Below, piece by piece: positions 25,021 through 37,692 of a stretch of DNA of 64,000 nucleotides. Every line of letters starts with the position of its first letter. Position 1 is the stretch's first letter. Both the position numbers and the translations under genes were made by a program. The notes under the pieces were generated by a model. The model worked only from the letters and a program-made list of their open reading frames with translations, was not told where the DNA came from and did not search any database. Source of the stretch: Octopus bimaculoides (Eukaryota); the NCBI RefSeq assembly GCF_001194135.2, contig NC_068988.1, forward strand, positions 76,851,498 to 76,915,497, in the 5' to 3' direction.

Positions 25021-25419
25021 TCTCTCTCTTTACTTGTTTCAGTCATTTGACTGCAGCCATGCTGGAGCACCACCTTTAGTCGAGCAAATCGACCCCAGGA
25101 CTTATTCTTTGCAAGCCTAGTACTTATTCTATCAATCTCTTTTGCCGAACCACTAAGTCATGGGGACGTAAACACACCAGCATCGGTTGTCAAGCGATGT
25201 TGGAGGGACAAATACTGACACACAAACAGACACACACATATATACATATACATATATACGACGGGCTTCTTTCAGTTTCCATCAGCCAAATCCACTCACA
25301 AAGCTTTGGTTGGCCCAAGGCTATAGTAGAAGACACTTGCCCAAGGTGCCATGTAGTGGGACTGAACCTGGAACCATGTGGTTGGTAAGCAAGCTACTTC
25401 CACACAGTCACCCCTGCAC
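25021..25419 (-). mobile_element. Full-length tRNA-derived SINE family 1
   Basis: tRNA-like head with A-box-like tgtgtggaag and B box GGTTCAGTCCC, internal (TA/GT) tract, and a tgactgaaacaagtaaagagaga tail. Confidence 0.9.
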
Positions 25420-26170
25420 CTGGATCTTTGTGATTTCTGTCACTGTTTACAATTTTGTTCCAATTGTTTTCAAATTTGGTATATGGATTAAGTTTTGTAT
25501 ACTGATTATGAAAATGAAATTAATTTTTCCTATAAATCCATAATTAAAAATGTGGGTATTTTAGCCAATCAGAAGCAAGTATTCTGTTTCCATAGTAACC
25601 AAAGATGCTGTGTATGCATACAAAGAGGAAAAGGAGATACGAGAAAGATAATCTACTAATATAGTAATACTCTTGTATTTTTCTCTGTCACAACAAATGA
25701 ATTAAAACAAGAGGTGATAGTGGAATAAGGAACGAAGGGGTGATGGCAAACTGGTGGGATGGTGAACATTCAATGCCAAAAACAAAACTCAAATAGAATT
25801 TCAACTCTATGTGAGTATGTGTGTGTATGTATGTGCATGTTCAAGAGAAGTATGTGAATATATGTGAACATTGACAAGTGTATTAATTTGATTTACCATC
25901 CCATATTTATATATATAAAATACTACAATTAGCTGTCATTTTTGACTGCATGGGACTAGTTAATTCATTTTATAAAATCTTAGAGTGTATTGCAAACTTT
26001 CTTTATTGAATTTTTTTTAACTAATAGATGTCTGTTTTAAACAATGTTTTGACTGTTATTTCTTACATCTCTTGTTTGTTTGCTTGTTAGTAGCTTTTCA
26101 ATATTTAATTTGTCATGAATATTTTAATGTTAACTTCATTCGTGTATATTTTAATGTTTTCTCATGCTGA

Positions 26171-26240
26171 TGTCCCCTGATGAGGGAAGAGGCAGTGAAC
26201 GCACTGTTTTCTGATTGGCTGAAAATTCTGAAACTTTGAA
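26171..26240 (+). ncRNA. Decayed hammerhead ribozyme with branched stem II
   Basis: tgtccc-CTGATGA-gggaa...aattct-GAAAC with inner hairpins CAGTG/CACTG and TTTTC/GAAAA. Stems I and III degraded. Confidence 0.45.
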
Positions 26241-26329
26241 CACCTATAACACTTTTGTAAAAATTTTTTGAATAAATGAATAACAAAATTCAAATTTAGC
26301 TTCAAAAATTACATCTATATGATACATTA

Positions 26330-26625
26330 AAAAATTTTTTAAAGGTAATTGTAAACAGTGACGAAACCACAAAGATTCAATGCCCAGATTGTGAGGAATT
26401 ATATATTGGTGAGGCAGGGAATGCATTATTGGAACACTCATGAGTCCACAGACAACAAATCCGGAACAAAAATTCACCAAATTCCATTTAGTGAACATAT
26501 AGAGAAATGTGGTCAGAAAATGTTTCTAATCTTTCCTTTCCACAAACTACATGCCACAAGTGAGGTTGGAAGAAAGATAAAAGAAAAACAGCTTACTAAA
26601 ATGTTCAAATTTGTTCTGAATTGAA
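26330..26625 (+). mobile_element. Penelope-like GIY-YIG 3' fragment
   Basis: QIPFSEHIEKCG...FLIFPFHKL...RKIKEK, resembling the ends of the 20171 and 35549 ORFs. Confidence 0.7.
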
Positions 26626-27169
26626 ATAACAACAATAATATAACAACCAGTTAATGATGTAGATTAAAAAATATCTTTAACAAAGGTATATAAACAAATT
26701 ACAGGAGACTTCCACCCATTGAAATAAAAACAATCGAAACCAACTAAGTTCGCTCATTCATAAAACCATGTAAACTATAAGCTAATTGGTTAAAATAAAT
26801 GCAGTATCTATGACAGTAATATTGGTATGCCTGGCAAATCATGACATTTAAGTTGCATGAAGATTGGTCAAAACCGTATTCCAAAAATTCAGCCTTCTAA
26901 GCGGTACTAAAAGGAAGAAATCAGTCATCTTACGACAGTTGTCAAGAACTCAACTGTCAGTTAAATACATTTTGAAATTTGATAATTACTATGAAATTGC
27001 TATGAAAGCACTAATTGAACTTAGTGAACATTACAAAATATTTTTTAATTCAACAGTGTGAAAAATTAATTTTTTTAAATACCATTATAAAAATTGTGAA
27101 AACCAGACTAGGTTTTAACTTTATTCAATTGACATATTATTCTATACACATTTACGCAAATTCGGAAAA

Positions 27170-27172
27170 AAT

Positions 27173-27205
<33 letters not shown>

Positions 27206-27237
27206 CACACACACGCGCGCGCGCGCACACACACACA

Positions 27238-27333
<96 letters not shown>
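27170..27333. repeat. (CA)n/(CG)/(TA) microsatellite
   Basis: Direct reading. Confidence 0.95.
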
Positions 27334-28060
27334 CTAGCAACTAAGCCCGGTTTCACCCGGTCAGAGAACAATGCGAAGAGAGAAACGAAGACAAAAAAGA
27401 GGAAGAAGTGGTGTTTGGGCGACGGATCTTGGTATAAAAAAAAAGAATGTCATGGTGAGTTAGTAAGGAGAGCTAAGCAAAACTGGACTTACGTGGGCTG
27501 GCAGGACGATAAAAAAATTGCGGAGTTGAAATTGGAGCAGTTGAAGTTGAAGTTGCCATTGTTATCATTGGAGTGCCTCTTGGCAGACAATATTCTTGGT
27601 CCTTCCCCCCGGTGCACAAATAGAAAGACCATGGGGGCAGCCAACGTACAGTTGTGCGTGTGAGAATACTTGCTCTGTCAGATTCAAACCAACCGCTTGC
27701 ACTGATTGTCCCTGCGCCTTGTTGATTGTCATGGGAAAGCAGAGTTTGATGGGAAATTGCATCTGTTTAAACTTGTAGGCCGTATCAGAGTGGGTAAGGG
27801 ACATGGGAGTTATAAGTATGTCTTAGCCAGCGGCCGGTTCATTCAAGATTGTTGCCTACAGAACTCGGGAGCACAATTTTTTGATAATCATCCGTGTACC
27901 ATTGTACATTATTGGAGCATCTAAATTCCTTAGCAGCATGATTGGCACGCCAACTTTCAGATGCAGTTCGTGAGATGGTAGTTCTGGAGTTTTAGGGATT
28001 CACACAGACACACGCACACACACACACAGACATACATTCTCAATTTTATATATATATAGA
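27334..28060 (-). mobile_element. Non-autonomous Helitron (727 bp) retaining the Pif1 helicase C-terminus
   Basis: 5' A|TC at 28060; 3' CCGG-GTGAAA-CCGG hairpin then CTAG|T at 27334. LCNGTRM...QFPIKLCFPMTINKAQGQS...VFSHAQLYV. Confidence 0.88.
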
Positions 28061-28130
28061 TATATATATATGTATGCATATATATGCATATATAGATATA
28101 TATTCTATTTATATTATATTATTTATATTT

Positions 28131-31100
28131 CCTCCCTCTTTTGATCAACCCCTTGCTTCACCAGGTCTATAAAACTAGCGCACGCACTTGATTCCTTCAC
28201 TTGTTCCTAGAACATCTGCCGAATTAATACAACCATAGAAGCATGATCAGATAAGTTTCTCTGTCTTTCTAGCCTCGCTCGTACTTTTCTACTTATTTAT
28301 GCCCTGATTCATAACACCTTACTTAGTGCTTCCACTATTCTATCCGTCTCATTATAATGTCGTCAAATTCATTTCAATTGTCCATAACGATGTCGCCAAA
28401 TTCACTCAGTTATTCAAGTTATTCAGTTTTAACCTTTCTCACATTGTCACTTATCTCTATAATTCTGTCTTAGACCTAGCTGGCCGAAAACCCTTATTTC
28501 TCAATTCTATATTTCTACCATTCAATATTTACTGTCTCTATGCGACAGAAATCCCAAAAGAATATCTCTCTATCTCCCTCGTGCTCTGGCTTAATCCTCT
28601 CTGCTTTACTCTGTCTCTCTCGATCTCACTCTCTCGCTCTCTCTCTTCTCCTCCCTCTTTCGATTAACCCCTTGCTTCGCCAGGTCTATAAAACTAGCAC
28701 GTGCACACCAAATCCCCCACTCGACCTAAATACCTTTGCAGAAATGGCTTTGGTGCACACACACACCCACCCCCTCCACCAGTACCGGAAGTTCCTATCT
28801 TCTCCACCAGTACCGGTAGTTCCTATCTTCCCCACCAGTACTGTAAGTTCTTGACTGTCTCCCATGAACACTTCTAAAGGCCTCACGCCATTCCCCCCAC
28901 CCCCACTTAGGGTTTATCCCCTATGTAAGGTAGCGATCATATGGTGCAAAATACGATAGTGTAGTAGATGCAGGCTGAAGTGAATGCTACTGATTGTTTA
29001 TGAATTCTGCAAACTGCGAGCTTTCTTTTCAGGTACATGACGCTGCTGTTCCCCGCCCCAGGGTCTCATACCTCCCACACCCTCAGAGTTGGCACTCTCA
29101 ACATTGGCACACTGAATGGTAGGTCTGGTGAGATTGTTGAGATGCTTGAACGGAGATGTGTCGATATCTTCTGCCTCCAAGAAGTAAGGTGGAGAGGAGG
29201 TTCCGCTATTTTCCTCACAGGCAAAGAACACAGATAAAAGATTTTCTGAGCAGGGAATACAGACGGGGTCGGGGGCGTGGGTATACTTCTTCTAGAGAAA
29301 TGCATGGATAAGGTAATCGAGGTAGTTAGGGTATGTGACAGAATACTTAAGATTAGATTAGTCCTTCACCATGGGTTAGCAACCATTATCTCGGCCTATG
29401 CCCCTCATCCCGGGCTACCCGACGGACAAAAAGACCGATTTTATGACACCCTATTGCACACTACCTTGTTGATGAATGACAGGGTCCTTCTCTTTGTGAC
29501 TCGTGACTTCAATGAGCATGTTGGATAACATACAGGGGGCTTCCATGGCATATATGGAGGCTATGGTTTTGGTTCCCGCAATGAAGAGAAAACAAGGCTG
29601 CTGGAGTTCTGTGATGCAAATGATCTTATGGTTTGCAATACTAACTTCAGGAAATCTGCCAGTCACCTAGTAACCTACCGTTCTGGCAGGCACACAAGCC
29701 AAATTGACTACATCCTCGCCAGGAAAAGGGAAAGATGGCTGCTTATAAATGCCAAACCTTCCCAGGCGAAGAATGTACCCCACAATATAGACTAGTAGTT
29801 AGTGACTTCAGGATCAAGGTTGTTCAGAAGACGACCAGCTTGGAGGGGAAGGGTCTGGAAGCTCAAAAATCCTGCGAATAGACAGAGATTTAGAGACTTA
29901 TTACTCGAAGCCTTTGACGAAATATAGGGGGATGTAGCTTCACACAATGTAGAAGACAACTGAAGGTTTCTACGTGAAAACCTGCTGAGGGCCACTGACC
30001 AGATCTGTGGATGGTGCAAAGTCCCCTCTCGACCGAAAATAACGTGTTGGTGGAACAATGTTGTTGACAGGGCTACTATGGAAAAGAAACAGGCTTGGAA
30101 GGACTGGAAGAACGGTGGTAGCAGGGAATTGTATCAGACTGCCAGAAGGGAAGCTAAGCGACTGGTTTATTTAGCCAGAGAGGAAGCAGATAAGAAAAAA
30201 ATTTGCCAATGTTCTGCACCGTGAGGACCAATGACTTGAGGTATTTTGTGTTGCAATACAGTGTATGAGAGAGAATCGTGATGTCGTGGGAGAGAAATGT
30301 GTTCACATGGATGATGGTACGCTTACATTAAACGAGGCTGCAAAGAAAGAGGTTTGGAGACGCCACTATGAAAGATTGCTCAATAAAGAGAATGAATGGG
30401 AGAAAGAGAGTCTGCCGAATGTCGACCCAACAGAGGGACCAGCTATCCGAGTTGACAGTACAATGGTAGATAAAGCAATTAAGAGTATGAAGACAGGGAA
30501 GGCCCCCGGCCCATCAGGAATNNNNNNNNNNNNNNNNNNNNNNNNNNNNNNNNNNNNNNNNNNNNNNNNNNNNNNNNNNNNNNNNNNNNNNNNNNNNNNN
30601 NNNNNNNNNNNNNNNNNNNNNNNNNNNNNNNNNNNNNNNNNNNNNNNNNNNNNNNNNNNNNNNNNNNNNNNNNNNNNNNNNNNNNNNNNNNNNNNNNNNN
30701 NNNNNNNNNNNNNNNNNNNNNNNNNNNNNNNNNNNNNNNNNNNNNNNNNNNNNNNNNNNNNNNNNNNNNNNNNNNNNNNNNNNNNNNNNNNNNNNNNNNN
30801 NNNNNNNNNNNNNNNNNNNNNNNNNNNNNNNNNNNNNNNNNNNNNNNNNNNNNNNNNNNNNNNNNNNNNNNNNNNNNNNNNNNNNNNNNNNNNNNNNNNN
30901 NNNNNNNNNNNNNNNNNNNNNNNNNNNNNNNNNNNNNNNNNNNNNNNNNNNNNNNNNNNNNNNNNNNNNNGAGTCAGTTTAGGTGAGATGCAGTTTGGGT
31001 TCTTGCCAGGGAAAAGCACCACTGATGCTATATTTCTGGTAAGACAGCTGCAGGAGAAATACCTACCCAAGGATAAACCTCTGTACCTGGCTTTCATTGA

Positions 31101-31254
31101 CATGGAGAAAGCCTTTGACAGGGTCCCCGATCCCTCATCTGGTGGTCAATGAGGAATCTAGGGATAGAAGAATGGTTAGTGAGAGCTGTGCGCATGTACA
31201 GAGATGCTGTCAGTAAGGTGAGGGTTGGCAATGAGTACAGTGAAGAATTCCGGT
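28131..31254 (+). mobile_element. RTE-clade LINE, 5' region through RT, pseudogenised and 3'-truncated
   Basis: MTL...LRVGTLNIGTL...DIFCLQEVRWRG APE start at 29037; RT AFIDMEKAFDRVP; same family as 12125-16420. Confidence 0.92.
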
Positions 31255-32005
31255 CATGTGGTGCATCTTTGTTTTGCTGTGATTCTCCTCTGCTCAATGA
31301 TGTTTGTGATGGCTGAAATGAAGGAACAACATGCTGCTATGAAATCCTGTTTTATTTTGCTGGGTAAAACAGCTGCCAAAACAATTGTCATGCTTCAAAC
31401 AGCCATGAGCAAAACACAAGTTTACGAGTGGTTTTCACACTTTAAGAATGGTCATTTGTCACTTGAAGACCAATCTTGTTCAGGGCAACCGTCAACCTCC
31501 CGAGTGGATGAAAACATCATGAAAATTCATGAACTGATTTGGAGGACCATCACCAAACAATTAACAAACTTGTTGATATGACTGGTGTGTCCTGGAGCTC
31601 CTGCCAATGAATTCTGAGTGAGGAATTGTGAATGAAAAGTGTTGCAGCAAAATTTGTGCTTCGCTTACTCATGGAAGATCAAAAGCAGTCACAACTGAAT
31701 GCATGTCGTGGACTGAAAGAACAACTGGAAGTTGATCTGGACCTTTTTTTGAAGGTCATCACTGGTAACAAAAGCTGGTGCTATGGAAGTTGCAGATGTG
31801 GAAGAGGTGAAGAGAAAAAATGATGAAGTCATAAAAAGGCATCACTTCGCAAGAGTTCCAGCCCTGCTTTGAACAGTGAAAATAGTCTGGATCAATGCAT
31901 TGCTTCAAATGGAGAATACTTTGAAGGTGATAAAAGTGTAAACATGTAAAACTAGGTCAATAAAATGATATTGCAAAATTCCAGTTTCTTTTGGGTATCT
32001 TCTCA
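31255..32005 (+). mobile_element. Internally deleted mariner derivative
   Basis: EQHAAMKSCF.LGKTA..T...QVYEWFSHFKNG..SLED..SG.PSTS; KVITGNKSW. Right terminus ttttgggtatcttctca followed by TA. Confidence 0.8.
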
Positions 32006-33889
32006 TATATGTAACTGAAAGCACAGTAAGATTAAAATAATAACATTTTATAAAAAGCAAAATAAAAATATAATCTCTCTCATGCTTCAGTGTTAGAAAG
32101 AAAGAAATCTTGCATTTATCATCATTATCTTTATTTTTGATATTGTCTTTATTATTATTGTCGTCAACACTGTTGTCATTGTCATCATCTTTATCATCAT
32201 TGCTATTTTTACTATTCTTTTTCAATGTAATCCATTTATCAAAGAAGAGTGCTATTATATGGAAAGAAATTACCAGCAAGTTGATATTTGTGTTCTGTGT
32301 AGAACCTACTGGAAAACAAAAATCAATAAAATCCAATCGCATAAGATATCAAATGGATTTGAGTCTCAGCTAATTTACTTTAACCTTATCACCGCTGCAG
32401 TTTATTGACTGCAATGAAAAATAAAGGAGACTTTCTTTTCATAAAGATTCTGTAAAGATTGTAAAGATTTTTATGAATGGGAAAATTGGACTGAGTTGCT
32501 TTATAAGAGTTCTGTCTGTCTCTAAGGTAAAACTAATAGTAGTTAAATGGAATGAAATTTTAGTGGTGGTCATCATATCCTCATTGGTAATACACAACAG
32601 TAAGAAGGTTGACTGGTAGTCTGCATGTTTAAGGGAGAATGGCCACACTATTAATAATGCAATTGAATAGGATAATGAGAGGAGAGCTCAAGAATGAGGA
32701 AGTAACCAGAAAATTGAATGGACAATATAGGTTAGAAAAAAGAGGATAGCAAACAGTACAAGAAGAATTGTTAAAGACCAAACTGAAAAGATATGATGCT
32801 AGATGCAAAAGCTTTGAACAGAATAGACTGTTCCAATCAAACAGAAGGTGTTTTTTTGAGGGGAGCCAACATATATATTAAAAGTCAGAGTACAATATGC
32901 ACCTGTTTGCTAGTAAGAAGAGTTAAAACTCTCCAAAGCCACACATCTCTCACTATATTTAAACATGCATGGAGAATGTAGTAAATATACTAAAAAAAAA
33001 CAGTTGACCCCATTTGTAAGACTACAAAGAGGAGTGGGTAGATATCCAAGTATCAATTGATTTCGCTTTCTGTGCTGAATTGACACTTAAAGCTCATCAC
33101 CTAGGCTTATTATGTAAACTATTTAAAAAAAATATATTTACCATTCTGTGCCCGTCTGTTCAGCTGAAGGCTCTGCGACTTTGAAATGAACATGAGAGAG
33201 CAAGTACAAATTCAAAATTCAAATTAGTTATCACTATCTTTAAAGAAATAATGATAAAGTGGTCAGGAAAACATAACCAAATAGTGTCAGTTCAGCACAG
33301 AAAGCAAAATCAATTGATACTGGGATATTTACCCTCTTCTTTGTTGTTTTACAAATGGGGATGACTGTTGTTTTTTAAGTATATTTGCTACATTCTCCGT
33401 GTGTGTTTACATATAGTGAGAGAAGCATGGCTTTAAAAAGTTTTAACTCTTTTTTCTAGCGAATGGGTGCATATTGTATCCTGACTTTCAATATATATTT
33501 GGTTATGTTTGGTTGCCACTTCATCATTATTTTTTTAAAAGATAATGCTTATTTGAATTATCATCATTTAATGTCTTTTGTCCATGCTGTCATGGGTTGG
33601 ATGGTACNNNNNNNNNNNNNNNNNNNNNNNNNNNNNNNNNNNNNNNNNNNNNNNNNNNNNNNNNNNNNNNNNNNNNNNNNNNNNNNNNNNNNNNNNNNNN
33701 NNNNNNNNNNNNNNNNNNNNNNNNNNNNNNNNNNNNNNNNNNNNNNNNNNNNNNNNNNNNNNNNNNNNNNNNNNNNNNNNNNNNNNNNNNNATATATAAC
33801 AGAATCTTGCCACAAGGCAAGCAAACAGCAGGAGAGATCTTCAGAGGAAGATCTCCCATCCAATAAGTGTTTCGTCTCTTATACCTGAT

Positions 33890-34590
33890 ACATTACAGGA
33901 GCCAGGCTCACCCAGGTCATGACTCCTCAGTTTTGCCCTCTTGTAGAAGTGAGCAACATCATTGAGAGTTTGTGGAACACCAAGCCATTTTCTGGTGTAC
34001 CTATTTATTTTGCCTCCATTGCTCCCATTGTACACTAGCAGGGGCCATAGCAACATTGGCATCAGGATATGCTGAATGCACTAGACCTTGTATTTGCTGG
34101 GCAGAGGATATTTGTTGATCTTGCGTAGACCCTCCTCTACTGTCTTGGCTGTTTCCTTCACCAGGTTGGTCTCTTTCAGTGTCTTGTTATATCATCTTCC
34201 AATACTTTTCTTTTGGGAATCTTCTGTCTGCCAACTTCGAAGCTAGTGTCTTCCTTCATTTTCCCTTTCCTTAGGGAGAGACTCTTAGATTTCTTGGGCG
34301 TGAAAGGCATTCTGCACCAGACCATCAACTCATCTTGTTGGTTGAGCAAATTCTGGTCTTCTGACTCCTTGAATGCAAGGATCGTAGTGTCATCCATGTA
34401 GGCTTTCAGGGATAGCATCTTACATCCACTGCCAAGGTTTACTGCACATGTTTTGCTTTCTATTGCCCCGAGAAGTACCTGCATCGCCATCACAAAGAGT
34501 ATCAGTGATACTGCACAACCCATTGCACTTCTAACCTCGTATCTAATCCAGGCAGTTGTGTATCTCTTGATGCTGAGTCACATCTGAAAC
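33890..34590 (-). mobile_element. Hero-like (RLE-type) non-LTR retrotransposon RT fragment
   Basis: AMGCAVSLILFVMAM; KAYMDDTTIL; LMVWCRM.F.PKKSKSLSLRKGK; RYTRKWLGVP. Confidence 0.7.
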
Positions 34591-35359
34591 CCTGAGAAAT
34601 AGGAATATATATATATATATATATATATANNNNNNNNNNNNNNNNNNNNNNNNNNNNNNNNNNNNNNNNNNNNNNNNNNNNNNNNNNNNNNNNNNNNNNN
34701 NNNNNNNNNNNNNNNNNNNNNNNNNNNNNNNNNNNNNNNNNNNNNNNNNNNNNNNNNNNNNNNNNNNNNNNNNNNNNNNNNNNNNNNNNNNNNNNNNNNN
34801 NNNNNNNNNNNNNNNNNNNNNNNNNNNNNNNNNNNNNNNNNNNNNNNNNNNNNNNNNNNNNNNNNNNNNNNNNNNNNNNNNNNNNNNNNNNNNNNNNNNN
34901 NNNNNNNNNNNNNNNNNNNNNNNNNNNNNNNNNNNNNNNNNNNNNNNNNNNNNNNNNNNNNNNNNNNNNNNNNNNNNNNNNNNNNNNNNNNNNNNNNNNN
35001 NNNNNNNNNNNNNNNNNNNNNNNNNNNNNNNNNNNNNNNNNNNNNNNNNNNNNNNNNNNNNNNNNNNNNNNNNNNNNNNNNNNNNNNNNNNNNNNNNNNN
35101 NNNNNNNNNNNNNNNNNNNNNNNNNNNNNNNNNNNNNNNNNNNNNNNNNNNNNNNNNNNNNNNNNNNNNNNNNNNNNNNNNNNNNNNNNNNNNNNNNNNN
35201 NNNNNNNNNNNNNNNNNNNNNNNNNNNNNNNNNNNNNNNNNNNNNNNNNNNNNNNNNNNNNNNNNNNNNNNNNNNNNNNNNNNNNNNNNNNNNNNNNNNN
35301 NNNNNNNNNNNNNNNNNNNNNNNAAAAATAAATATATACATATTATATGAGTGTTGTAA

Positions 35360-36360
35360 AATCCAACCGGTTTTCGCTATTTAAATTAGCTTTTCAAGGG
35401 GCATTGTATAGTGATTAATTCGCACAATGAAGGAGTTTTACCATCTTGGCTGTTTGAAAAATAAAAAAGGGTTTAGAGAGTGAACCAAGGGAGGTAATGG
35501 GTGTCAAGGGGGATAACTGATTCCTTAGGATAGTTTTTAAGGTTGTTGTCAGATTTGAATATTGAGGTGTGGTTTATATTTTTGAATGAATAAGTTTTCT
35601 TTATTTAGTCGTTCTTGCACTGAAATTGAATCTTTGCACTGGTACAGGGTGAAGATAAGGAAATTCGGCGTTTTATCACCTGCGCATCTGTCAATATGTC
35701 CGCTCAGTTCAATTTTCCTGTACTGGGGGAAGCGAATCTGTTCCTTATGTAATGTGACTCTGCATCTCAAAGAGAGGCTCATTTGGCCTACATAGCTATG
35801 GCCACAACCTGAGTAGGTTAGGACATAGATAACGTTGTGGGAGGCACATGTGAAGTTAGTTTTGATTGAGAATTTTTGTCCTTGCTGGAATGTGAATTCT
35901 GAGCCTTCACTTAGGTGTGGGCATGTACCACAATTGGGTTGACTGCATTTTTTAACTGTTGGTATTGTATATATTGAGTACAGTTTTGCATTTGTTAGGA
36001 GTCTCTTGAGTGATTTGTCTTGTCTTTTACATTTTAGTAATTTGTGTTTATTTAGGATGCTGTTCATTTTCGGGTCTTGAGTGAGTATAGGAAGATTTTG
36101 TATAATTGTGTTGTATGCTTCGTTGTTTCTAGGGTTGTGGGTTGATATGTACGGGAGTGATTTGAGGTGTGGTGTTTGGTTTTGTTGTTCTTAGTGTGTT
36201 TGTGTCCAATTTCTTGGCACGTTCAATTCCATGTTCTATAAGTGTAGCTGGGTATTGACGTTCAATGAGTGTTATTTTGAGTTCTTGCAATTGAAGTTCC
36301 CGAGTGGTTGTGTCAGATACAATCGTACAAATCCATTTTGCTAGATTGAATGGGATATAT
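35360..36360 (-). mobile_element. Penelope-like element 3' part (GIY-YIG) with a decayed hammerhead in the 3' terminus
   Basis: CSQPNCGTC, NVIYVLT.SGCGHSYVGQ; hammerhead-like motif at 35362-35403. Confidence 0.88.
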
Positions 36361-36987
36361 ATNNNNNNNNNNNNNNNNNNNNNNNNNNNNNNNNNNNNNN
36401 NNNNNNNNNNNNNNNNNNNNNNNNNNNNNNNNNNNNNNNNNNNNNNNNNNNNNNNNNNNNNNNNNNNNNNNNNNNNNNNNNNNNNNNNNNNNNNNNNNNN
36501 NNNNNNNNNNNNNNNNNNNNNNNNNNNNNNNNNNNNNNNNNNNNNNNNNNNNNNNNNNNNNNNNNNNNNNNNNNNNNNNNNNNNNNNNNNNNNNNNNNNN
36601 NNNNNNNNNNNNNNNNNNNNNNNNNNNNNNNNNNNNNNNNNNNNNNNNNNNNNNNNNNNNNNNNNNNNNNNNNNNNNNNNNNNNNNNNNNNNNNNNNNNN
36701 NNNNNNNNNNNNNNNNNNNNNNNNNNNNNNNNNNNNNNNNNNNNNNNNNNNNNNNNNNNNNNNNNNNNNNNNNNNNNNNNNNNNNNNNNNNNNNNNNNNN
36801 NNNNNNNNNNNNNNNNNNNNNNNNNNNNNNNNNNNNNNNNNNNNNNNNNNNNNNNNNNNNNNNNNNNNNNNNNNNNNNNNNNNNNNNNNNNNNNNNNNNN
36901 NNNNNNNNNNNNNNNNNNNNNNNNNNNNNNNNNNNNNNNNNNNNNNNNNNNNNNNNNNNNNNNNNNNNNNNNNNNNNNNNNNNNNNN

Positions 36988-37022
<35 letters not shown>

Positions 37023-37024
37023 CA

Positions 37025-37430
37025 AAATAAGCAACAGGATATCAAGATGTGATGCACCGCAACTGTTTCAAGTGGCTCCATTTAATTGAACAATGCAATC
37101 ATTACATCAATTTAAATGCAAAGCTACCCTCAGCTGCATAAATGAATAAATGGAGGGCAGGAGTGAGTTGACAGTTTATGGTTATGTATGGTCATAAATA
37201 TTGTCAGGATTTTAGAATTTGTATAAGTAACTGTCTATAAAGGAGGCTGGGTAAGGGAAGACCCCAAATCAAGATGTTAACTACCAATTAAAGGGACAAG
37301 TCACTAATAAAACCTATGATGTTAATACAGAGGAAATTATCATGTGTTACAATGGATGATTGTATATAAACAATATAGTTGTGTTATATAAAGATAAAAT
37401 TTAAGATTACTAAAAATCATATTATAACCA
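37025..37430. repeat. Unclassified repeat, arm 1 of an inverted pair
   Basis: Reverse complement of 39060-39345 plus 39585-39690. Confidence 0.75.
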
Positions 37431-37692
37431 GAATAGAAAAAATATGTATATATACAACAATTTTCAACATTAGAAAGGCAAGATTACGTAGAATTAACTA
37501 GAGTTAAATATGTGCACAACTTATTTTTCCCAATTTTTTCTGATACTTAGCTTATAATTAATATAAAGATAGCCTGAGTTATCACCCCAGTATTCCATAA
37601 GTAAATACCCAGAGCAATAAGTAAATAATTAAGTGCAGGAATGAATATCAAACTAATTCTATGTAATCTTCCCTTTCTAATGTTGAAAATTG

